NCBI GenBank assembly: GCA_031275945.1
Contig: JAISOA010000087.1
Span: 1-12,139 of the forward strand
Source: Spirochaetaceae bacterium
GTDB lineage: Bacteria > Spirochaetota > Spirochaetia > Treponematales > Breznakiellaceae
Length of the DNA: 12,139 nt
Direction of reading: 5' to 3'
In this document: piece by piece, positions 6,398 through 12,139 of the stretch
Numbering within the stretch: the stretch's first letter is position 1
Layout of the letters: every line of letters begins with the position of its first letter
Made by a program: the position numbers and the translations under genes
Notes under the pieces: model-generated
Database searches by the model: none
What the model was told of the DNA's origin: nothing
What the model saw: only the letters and a program-made list of their open reading frames with translations

Positions 6398-7997
6398 TTT
6401 TATTTTAATCGCGGTTATTTTCTTAGCGGTTTTTATTTTTGTACTTATCGTATTTCTTGCCAGCCGTTATAAGCGCTGTGCCTCCAACCAGATTCTGGTT
6501 GTATACGGAAAGGTCGGCGGGGGCCGATCCGCCCGGTGCATGCACGGCGGTGGGGCCTTTGTCTGGCCCCTTATCCAGGATTACAAATACCTGGATTTGA
6601 CGCCCATGACGATCAACATTCCCCTTAAAGGGGCCCTGTCCCTGCAGAATATCCGTATCAATGTTCCCAGCACATTCACCGTAGCCATCGCCACGGAAAG
6701 CGAAAGTATGAATTCTGCGGCGGTGCGCCTTTTGAGCCTTGACAGGGAAACCATAGAATCCATGGCCACCGAGATTATCCTTGGACAGCTCCGCTTAACG
6801 GTGGCCTCCCTTACTATCGAACAGATCAACCAGGACCGGGAACGGTTCCTGGATGCGATCCGCAAAAACATCGACATCGAACTGGACAAGATAGGGCTTT
6901 GCCTTATCAACGTAAACGTTACCGACATAACCGACGAGTCCGGATACATCGAAAGCATAGGCAAGAAGGCGGCCCTTACGGCCATCAATCAAGCCAAGAT
7001 AGACGTGGCCGAACAGGACAAGCTGGGGGCCATCGGCGAGGCCGACGCCCGGAAGGAACAACAGATCCGGGTGGCGGAATTTGCCAAGGAACAGGAAGTT
7101 CAAATTGCCCAGTTTAACAAGGATCAGCAGGTTCAGGTGGCGGAACTGGACAAGGAAAAACAGGTTCAGATTGCCGAATATGCCAAGGAACAGCAGGTAA
7201 AAACAGCGGAGTACAACCGGGATCAGGAAATTCAGATCGCCCAGTTCAACAAGGATCAGCAGGTACGGATCGCCGAACTCAATAAGGAGCAAGAGGTTAA
7301 GGTGGCGGAGTTCGCCAGGGAACAGCGGATCCAGACCGCCGATTATAACGCCAAGGCGGTGGAAGGGGAGAATACCGCCAGGGCCGAGATCGCCGTATCT
7401 AACGCGACCCTTTTTGAACGGGAAGCCGAGGCGGCCCGGAGGGGTGAAGTGGCCCGACAGGAGGCCGCCGCGGAAATACAAAAGGCCAAGGCCCTGGCCG
7501 AACAACGCCGTCTTGAGGCGGAAGAAGTGGTACCCCGGGAAATTGAAAAGCGGAAACTTGAAATTGACGCCGCCGCCCGGGCGGAACAGCAGCGTCGTCT
7601 TGCCCAGGGCGAGGCCGATGCGATTCTTTTGGTAAAATCCGCAGAGGCGGAAGGCATCAAAAAAGTCCTCGATGCAAAGGCCGTCGGCTATCAAACCCTT
7701 ATCAAGGCTGCAAACAGCGACGCCAAAAGCGCCGCGACCCTGCTTCTGGTTGAAAAACTTGAGGAGATCGTCAAAATGCAAGCCGAGGCGATCAAAAATA
7801 TTAAGATCGATAAAATCACCGTATGGGACAGTCCCAACGGGGATAACAGTTCTACGGCAAATTTTGTACGGAACCTGGTAAAAACCCTGCCGCCCCTCCA
7901 CGACATTGCCCAGCAGGCGGGCCTTGATCTGCCCGGTTTCCTGGGTACCCTGGAAACAAAAAAAGAGAATCCTTCCGGAAAAGAGGAACATACCTAG
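6387..7997 (+). CDS. Flotillin-family SPFH (band 7) protein, YqiK/FloT-like, with an N-terminal membrane anchor and a central hendecad-repeat coiled-coil region
   Basis: The 536-aa ORF has an N-terminal TM helix FILIAVIFLAVFIFVLIVFLA. It has an SPFH-like block ILVVYGKVGGG...FVWPLIQDYKYLDLTPMTINIPLKGALSLQNIRINV...LTIEQINQDRERFLD. It then has the typical Glu/Ala/Gln-rich flotillin repeat region and a C-terminal tail. AGGGAGAAAAAA precedes the ATG at 6387. Confidence 0.85.
   Translation: MSFDFILIAVIFLAVFIFVLIVFLASRYKRCASNQILVVYGKVGGGRSARCMHGGGAFVWPLIQDYKYLDLTPMTINIPLKGALSLQNIRINVPSTFTVAIATESESMNSAAVRLLSLDRETIESMATEIILGQLRLTVASLTIEQINQDRERFLDAIRKNIDIELDKIGLCLINVNVTDITDESGYIESIGKKAALTAINQAKIDVAEQDKLGAIGEADARKEQQIRVAEFAKEQEVQIAQFNKDQQVQVAELDKEKQVQIAEYAKEQQVKTAEYNRDQEIQIAQFNKDQQVRIAELNKEQEVKVAEFAREQRIQTADYNAKAVEGENTARAEIAVSNATLFEREAEAARRGEVARQEAAAEIQKAKALAEQRRLEAEEVVPREIEKRKLEIDAAARAEQQRRLAQGEADAILLVKSAEAEGIKKVLDAKAVGYQTLIKAANSDAKSAATLLLVEKLEEIVKMQAEAIKNIKIDKITVWDSPNGDNSSTANFVRNLVKTLPPLHDIAQQAGLDLPGFLGTLETKKENPSGKEEHT
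7065..7350 (+). repeat. Tandem degenerate 33-nt (11-aa hendecad) repeats inside the flotillin gene
   Basis: At the protein level there are nine consecutive 11-mers: AEFAKEQEVQI, AQFNKDQQVQV, AELDKEKQVQI, AEYAKEQQVKT, AEYNRDQEIQI, AQFNKDQQVRI, AELNKEQEVKV, AEFAREQRIQT, ADYNAKAVEGE. At the DNA level there are near-identical stretches such as CAGTTTAACAAGGATCAGCAGGT and CAGTTCAACAAGGATCAGCAGGT. The repeats also open the long antisense shadow ORF 6795-7991. Confidence 0.8.
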
Positions 7998-8012
7998 CCT
8001 TTGGGCTTTTTT
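7996..8012 (+). terminator. Weak intrinsic terminator after the flotillin gene
   Basis: Directly after the TAG stop there is a stem AGCC/GGCT with a 4-nt loop TTTG, followed by T6 (8007-8012). The stem is only 4 bp, so it would be marginal as a stand-alone terminator. Confidence 0.3.
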
Positions 8013-8058
8013 AACGCTGCTTTGATATGTGGTATGTGTGCCGTTCCGTAGTAACCCG

Positions 8059-8111
8059 CCACGTAGTACGCGCCGCCACGTAGTACGCCGCTGCCACGTA
8101 GTACGCCGCTG
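8059..8111 (+). repeat. Three head-to-tail copies of an 18-bp unit CCACGTAGTACGCCGCTG, each carrying the palindrome CGTAnTACG. A partial fourth copy, CCGTAGTAAC, lies at 8045-8054.
   Basis: Copy 1 is 8059-8075 (CCACGTAGTACGCGCCG, 17 nt). Copy 2 is 8076-8093 and copy 3 is 8094-8111, both CCACGTAGTACGCCGCTG. They sit at about -100 to -45 relative to the ATG at 8156, directly abutting the candidate -35 at 8121. There are no spacers, so this is not a CRISPR array. Confidence 0.85.
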
Positions 8112-8120
8112 CGATTTTCC

Positions 8121-8149
8121 TTTACCGGGCGCCGTGCCTATGCTATAGT
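8121..8149 (+). promoter_or_regulatory. Candidate sigma70-like promoter TTTACC-N17-TATAGT for the lipoprotein gene. The ATG lies 7 nt after the -10 element, so a leaderless transcript is predicted.
   Basis: TTTACC is at 8121-8126. The spacer is 17 nt. TATAGT is at 8144-8149. The ATG at 8156 coincides with the expected +1, and no SD sequence is present. Confidence 0.35.
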
Positions 8150-8155
8150 TAGCTA

Positions 8156-9088
8156 ATGAAAACAGAAAAGACCCTATACCGGATAGTTGCGATATATTTT
8201 GCCGCCCTGGCGGTTTCTTTTGCGGCGGGGAGTTGCTCCGCCGGGGGGATCGAAGCGAACGATGACCGTTCCTGGGGGGAACCGGCGGCCGCTACGGTAT
8301 GGGAAGGCGCCGCATATAATTCCGGGCAGACTTTTCGGAAAGCGGAAGATGCGGCGGAACCCCGCGGCCCGGAGCTTCCGGAGGCCGGCGCGGTTCCGGG
8401 GGCTGGGCTTTCGCAGAAGCTGGTAACACATGCCGGTATCAGCATCCGGGTCCAGGATCCGGAAAAGGCCGGCGCGACAGTCGATTCCCTGGTGGAACAG
8501 TACGGCGCCTACGCTTCCTCCGCCACCGTCTGGGAGAACGGACGAAACTATAGTATCCGGGTTCCCGCCTCCTCCTATACGGCCTTTCTCTCTGCGCTGG
8601 GGGATTTGGGCCGCCTTCTTCACCGTGCGGAAAATACCGAAGATGTAAGCCTGCGGTATTACGATCTTGAAGGACGGCTTGCCACAAAACGGGAACTCCT
8701 GGCAACCTACCGGTCCTACCTGGGAAGGGCTAAGGATATTAAAGAGATCCTTTCCGTGGAAGAAAAGATCGCGGAACTGGAGGATGATATAGACGGCACG
8801 GGGAAAGAACTTCGTTCTCTGGCCGGTCTGGTAAATTACGCCACGGTGGATCTGGAAATTTTGGGCCCCGAAAATATTCCTTCCTACGCCGCCCCCACTC
8901 TGGGGGAACGGATTGGGGGATTGTTCGGCGTCTTCGGAAGTTTTCTCTCCATGGTTCTGGTGATCCTTCTGGGGGTAGTGGTCTACGGAATTCCCAGTTT
9001 TCTTATCCTGGCCCTGCTGTTTTGGCTTCTCTTCGGCAGGATCGGTCTGGTAAAAAAAGTCTGGGGCCTGATTGCGGGAAAACGATAG
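8156..9088 (+). CDS. Lipoprotein with central coiled-coil and C-terminal double-TM anchor. The architecture resembles the DUF4349 family.
   Basis: The signal peptide is MKTEKTLYRIVAIYFAALAVSFAAGS-C, with a lipobox-like AGSC. The central block is IRVPASSYTAFLSALGDLGRLLHRAENTEDVSLRYYDLEGRLATKRELLATYRSYLGRAKDIKEILSVEEKIAELEDDID...LVNYATVDLEI. The C-terminal hydrophobic helices are LFGVFGSFLSMVLVILLGVVVYGIP and FLILALLFWLLFG. The family assignment is from recalled architecture, not from a search. Confidence 0.6.
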   Translation: MKTEKTLYRIVAIYFAALAVSFAAGSCSAGGIEANDDRSWGEPAAATVWEGAAYNSGQTFRKAEDAAEPRGPELPEAGAVPGAGLSQKLVTHAGISIRVQDPEKAGATVDSLVEQYGAYASSATVWENGRNYSIRVPASSYTAFLSALGDLGRLLHRAENTEDVSLRYYDLEGRLATKRELLATYRSYLGRAKDIKEILSVEEKIAELEDDIDGTGKELRSLAGLVNYATVDLEILGPENIPSYAAPTLGERIGGLFGVFGSFLSMVLVILLGVVVYGIPSFLILALLFWLLFGRIGLVKKVWGLIAGKR

Positions 9089-9151
9089 GCCGCGGGGCCC
9101 TAAGCGGGAATGGAGGTCCTAAGCCGAACGGGGAATCTGATCCGGTTTAGG

Positions 9152-10372
9152 TTAAAATCCGAACCACAGGGTCGTTACAACGGATTTTCCCGAAGGTGAA
9201 TTTTTAATGGCGGTATCCAGGAGGATCTTGTTCTTTCTGCACTGATCCTGCAGCGCGTTAAGGTGATAAAAACACAGGCCCCTGTTTTCGTATACGTCGT
9301 TTTCCCGCCTGCTTGGAGGGGTTTTAAAAAATTCCTCCAGGTCTTTGCCGGCTTTGAAGCTGAAGCTCCGCTCGGTAAAGTTCTCCATTAATCTGCGCTC
9401 CGTTTCCGCATCGGCGCCGTCATTGTGGACCGAGATGCGGAACCGGAACCTCCGGTTTTCCCGGGGCATTTCACCGGGAAGGGACACCACTACGGTTGAA
9501 CCCCTAAAACGTTTTTTTTTCATGATCGACTTTCTTGTATCCGGATCCTTAAGCAGCTCTGTTATGTTTCCGGTGTATTCCAACAGCCTGACAAGGGCAG
9601 ACCGTTCCGCCGCGGCCACAAGTTCTATGGTAAGAAGCGCCGCCAGGTTAACAATGTCAAACCGGCGTATATATTCAATCACTTCCCTGGAAATGTTTTG
9701 AATAAGAAACCGCGCATCTTCCTTATCACTTCCTGCCAGTACGAAGAAAACCAGAGGATTAATGCGAAAAACCAATTCGCCGATAAAATTATGCAGATCC
9801 TTTAAGTCTTCCTGCGGCCTGGCAAAGGAGGAGGGAATGTTTTCTACGATTTTATCCCGGAGCATGGTTTTAAGTTCCCCAAGCCTGCCGGGGGCCCTGG
9901 AATTAAGTAATTCCTCAAAGGATCCTTCCGGAAGCTTCATGCCGGAGCCTATGGACTTCTTCGGGTTTACCCTGTTCCAGGTCCGGACCAGGGGGGACTC
10001 GTAGACGGAATTGAGGATCGACGCGTTAATGCGATGGCGGAACATGGAAAAAAACACCAACTTAATGGTGTCTTCAAGGTAGATCCGGCAGGTGCTTATA
10101 TCCCGTATCTGAATCTCTATTTTTTTAAGGTAATTATTGAGGATGAGTTTTTTTAGCCATGAAAACCCTGTTTTTTCCAAATGGAATCCGAACTGCCGTT
10201 CCCCGTCGGCGGTTTCAAAACAATGCAGGGCTTTACCGTGGGCAATAAAAAAGGAGCTTCCCTTTTCGTTAAGGATTATCCGCGAAGGGATGCATAAAAA
10301 CATATCCCTTTGACGGTTTTGTTTTTTTAGGTTTTCATAAACCGTTGTAACAGGCTCCTCTATTCCGATCAT
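9152..10372 (-). CDS. Hypothetical 406-aa protein, last gene of the STAS-kinase operon. It occupies the position usually held by the regulated sigma factor, but no sigma-factor motifs are recognisable.
   Basis: This is a long minus-strand ORF. The track's start at 10390 is a TTG. The ATG at 10372 (MIGIEEP...) is preceded by GGAGAAAG 7 nt upstream and lies 27 nt after the kinase stop, so it is the preferred start. No sigma70 region 2/4 signatures, GGDEF, or receiver-domain motifs were detected by eye. The gene is visibly A/T-rich compared with the upstream operons. Confidence 0.55.
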   Translation of the reverse strand: MIGIEEPVTTVYENLKKQNRQRDMFLCIPSRIILNEKGSSFFIAHGKALHCFETADGERQFGFHLEKTGFSWLKKLILNNYLKKIEIQIRDISTCRIYLEDTIKLVFFSMFRHRINASILNSVYESPLVRTWNRVNPKKSIGSGMKLPEGSFEELLNSRAPGRLGELKTMLRDKIVENIPSSFARPQEDLKDLHNFIGELVFRINPLVFFVLAGSDKEDARFLIQNISREVIEYIRRFDIVNLAALLTIELVAAAERSALVRLLEYTGNITELLKDPDTRKSIMKKKRFRGSTVVVSLPGEMPRENRRFRFRISVHNDGADAETERRLMENFTERSFSFKAGKDLEEFFKTPPSRRENDVYENRGLCFYHLNALQDQCRKNKILLDTAIKNSPSGKSVVTTLWFGF

Positions 10373-10399
10373 AGTCTTTCTCCATAACAAACCCGGGTC

Positions 10400-10933
10400 C
10401 TATCCCGAACCATGGGAAAACCAGCGGACTACTCCAACCTTGTTTTTTGCCTCGTTGTAAATTATACCGCCGTTCCAGAATTCCAGCGCCGCTATCAGGC
10501 TGTTGCCTCCGTCGGTTTCATCGCTCTGCGGTCCCCGGTACGCGGCCAGTTTAAGAAAAAGATCAAAATTCCCTTCATAAAGGGCCCTTTGACGTTTTCT
10601 GTAAAAATCGTTCCACTCTTCAAGGCCCTTAAATCCATCCCCTTCGTCCTCCACAATAAAACGTACCCGGTGTCTAAGGTCGTACCAAACTTTAAGTTTT
10701 TTTGAATCGTCGCATTTGTTTCCGTGCTTAATCCCGTTTTTAATTAGTTCCGACAACTGCTGTTCCAGAAGATTTTCTTCCAGGAATTGCCTGGGGCACC
10801 GTTCCAGTATGTGGGCGCTGTATTCCCGGATCTTTGAGAAATCACTTTTAAATTCGACGTACTTCATCCCCTGGGCGTCAAAGAGTTCGTTGTTTTCGTC
10901 CACAATCAGCTTTCGGGTAATTATGTTTTTCAT
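10400..10933 (-). CDS. Anti-sigma-factor-like serine kinase of the GHKL/HATPase_c family (RsbW/SpoIIAB-type partner-switching kinase)
   Basis: The 177-aa ORF contains LSELIKNGIKHGNKCDDSKKLKVWYDLRHRVRFIVEDEGDGFKGLEEW.....GGNSLIAALEFWNGGIIYN. This matches the N-box (E.v.Nai.Hg), the G1 box (D.G.Gf) and the G2 box (GG.gL) of RsbW-like kinases. The ATG at 10933-10931 overlaps the TGA of the upstream STAS gene (ATGA). Confidence 0.7.
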   Translation of the reverse strand: MKNIITRKLIVDENNELFDAQGMKYVEFKSDFSKIREYSAHILERCPRQFLEENLLEQQLSELIKNGIKHGNKCDDSKKLKVWYDLRHRVRFIVEDEGDGFKGLEEWNDFYRKRQRALYEGNFDLFLKLAAYRGPQSDETDGGNSLIAALEFWNGGIIYNEAKNKVGVVRWFSHGSG

Positions 10934-11265
10934 GCACCCTCTTCTTTAATAATGTTAAGTATGTTTGACAACCGCATAACCTTGCGAACCGTGCCGGTAA
11001 TTCCCCGGAAGGTTAAATCCACGGTTTTTTCTTTTGAGTGTTGAATGATCCTAATCACCGCCCATATTCCGGAACTGTCCAAATACTGTACCCCGGAAAA
11101 ATCTACGCATACGGCCCTGTATCCGTGGTTTATCTTTTCCGTTATATCCATAAAAAGATGCTGGGCATTGTACAGGTCGCAGTCGCCCGATATTTTTGCC
11201 GTAAAAGAATAATTGTTGCGGTCTTCTAAAAACTGTATCTCCATAGGTATACTTCCTGCGATCAT
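10930..11265 (-). CDS. STAS-domain anti-sigma-factor antagonist (SpoIIAA/RsbV-like)
   Basis: The 111-aa ORF has the sequence AVCVDFSGVQYLDSSGIWAVIRII. This contains the conserved DSSG phospho-serine motif and the preceding v.lDls.v.fiDSsG pattern of STAS antagonists. An alternative start is the ATG at 11244 (MEIQFLED...), which has AGGAAG 7 nt upstream and is arguably the better start. Confidence 0.7.
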   Translation of the reverse strand: MIAGSIPMEIQFLEDRNNYSFTAKISGDCDLYNAQHLFMDITEKINHGYRAVCVDFSGVQYLDSSGIWAVIRIIQHSKEKTVDLTFRGITGTVRKVMRLSNILNIIKEEGA

Positions 11266-11288
11266 ATTTCCCTAAAAAGATGCAATAA

Positions 11289-12139
11289 ATGGTTATAAAA
11301 CGGTTAAAAATCTGTTATTCTTCGGGATTTAACCAAATATTAATAGAACCCCGTTATATTTCGCTTGTGCAGAAGGAACTAACAGACAGGGAACTACAGG
11401 GCGAAGGTCAGGGACGATCGTATCCCAATTCCATACAAAAATTGGCCCGGTATTTTAAAACTATTCCGGCATCTGAAACCATCGCAAACCTGGCGGATAC
11501 TTTTGACCGGGATCGCCGTATTTTTGCGGTATGTGTGGTGAATGATCTGTACCGGCCCCTGGGGATTATACGGCGGGACAAACTTTTTTTACTTTTGGGA
11601 AGACGCTTCGGCTGGGATCTGATGGGAAAGCGGGCGGTTCTGGAAATAACCGAAAAAGCTCCGGTACTTCCGGGGGATACGAATATTTTTACCGTTTCGC
11701 AGTTTTTAAGCGCCGTTTCAAAAGACTCCGGGCCCGACATGGGGAATAGATTTATGATTCTTACGGACCCCCGGGGGGCCTTTACCGGTATGCTGTCCTT
11801 TCAGGAACTGTCCAATTATTTTGTTGACATGACCAACGGGGATATTGCCATGGCAAGCCTTTTACAGGAACGGTTTCTTGCCAGCGCCGACGAGATCTCC
11901 GGCCAGGGAATCGGGGTAAACGCGTGGTCCCTGCCGGCCAAAGGAGTGGGGGGTGATTTTTATTTTATCAAAGACCTGGGGGAAAACCGCTTTTTTGCGG
12001 CCCTTTGCGATGTTTCCGGCAAGGGTATTGCCGCATCCCTGGTGGTATCCATGGCGTGGGGTTTTCTTCGGGCCTATACGATAAAAAACGGTCTTGAGGA
12101 CCTGATCGTTAATCTAAATTCGTCCATGGTTAGTACCTT
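11289..12139 (+). CDS. PP2C-type serine phosphatase (SpoIIE/RsbU family) with an N-terminal putative sensory region. The 3' end is truncated by the window edge.
   Basis: The frame with codons at positions divisible by 3 is open from the TAA at 11286 to the window end, so this ORF is absent from the supplied track. The C-terminal part is NAWSLPAKGVGGDFYFIKDLGENRFFAALCDVSGKGIAASLVVSMAWGFLR. This is the SpoIIE/PP2C signature (GGDfyd...igDvsGkGi.Aal.m). The start is uncertain. The ATG at 11289 has no SD and would leave only 23 bp to the divergent STAS gene. The GTG at 11367 is an alternative. Confidence 0.65.
   Translation, partial: MVIKRLKICYSSGFNQILIEPRYISLVQKELTDRELQGEGQGRSYPNSIQKLARYFKTIPASETIANLADTFDRDRRIFAVCVVNDLYRPLGIIRRDKLFLLLGRRFGWDLMGKRAVLEITEKAPVLPGDTNIFTVSQFLSAVSKDSGPDMGNRFMILTDPRGAFTGMLSFQELSNYFVDMTNGDIAMASLLQERFLASADEISGQGIGVNAWSLPAKGVGGDFYFIKDLGENRFFAALCDVSGKGIAASLVVSMAWGFLRAYTIKNGLEDLIVNLNSSMVST

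Noticed and set aside
6795-7991. 398-aa minus-strand ORF, plus 6581-6988 and 7343-7660 minus ORFs
   Set aside because: These are antisense shadows of the flotillin gene. The low-complexity EA/Q hendecad repeats keep the opposite strand free of stops. The translated product is low-complexity (LLLIEFGDPYLL...) with no motif.
8059-8111. Possible CRISPR array
   Set aside because: The repeats are contiguous with no spacers, the units are only 18 bp, there are only three of them, and they are embedded in a promoter region. This is a tandem operator-like repeat, not a CRISPR array.
8149-8705. Minus-strand ORFs (98, 149 and 88 aa) and plus-strand alternative-frame ORFs inside the lipoprotein gene
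   Set aside because: They are shadow frames within a GC-rich gene whose plus frame has a coherent signal-peptide, coiled-coil and TM architecture.
9089-9151. Convergent intergenic region as a bidirectional terminator
   Set aside because: Only weak 4-bp complementarity is present (CGGTT...GAACC), and the direct repeats CCTAAGC occur twice without flanking T/A runs. This is not convincing enough to call.
9345-10004. Plus-strand ORFs (118 and 80 aa) within the 406-aa gene
   Set aside because: They are antisense to a long, SD-preceded minus-strand ORF that is in an operon with the kinase and STAS genes.
11408-11740. 110-aa minus-strand ORF
   Set aside because: It is antisense to the PP2C phosphatase gene, whose plus frame is open to the window end and carries the SpoIIE/PP2C GGDFY...DVSGKG signature.

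Overview
The window reads as a GC-moderate bacterial chromosome segment. Gene content and the long Prs form (insertion-containing; spirochaete resemblance recalled from memory) suggest a Treponema-like spirochaete, but this is inference. A tRNA with anticodon CAT lies on the minus strand at 207-280. Downstream is a compact plus-strand gene run: an OmpA-family protein, an insertion-containing PRPP synthetase (prs), an FGGY sugar kinase coupled to it through a TAATG overlap, a DAGK-family lipid kinase split by a frameshift, and an NfeD-like/flotillin pair. Both the NfeD-like/flotillin pair and a DUF4349-like lipoprotein gene are preceded by sigma70-like promoters whose geometry predicts leaderless mRNAs. 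The lipoprotein promoter is preceded by three tandem 18-bp repeats carrying a CGTAnTACG palindrome. The right third of the window is visibly more A/T-rich. It holds a partner-switching cassette: on the minus strand a STAS antagonist, a HATPase anti-sigma-like kinase overlapping it by ATGA, and a 406-aa protein with no recognisable sigma-factor motifs in the slot a sigma factor normally occupies. A divergent, partial PP2C/SpoIIE-type phosphatase runs off the window end. This non-sigma partner-switching cassette is the most likely candidate for an undescribed regulatory system. Many long minus-strand ORFs in the GC-rich part are shadow frames of the plus-strand genes. The ORF track uses TTG/GTG as 'M', so several starts were re-assigned.
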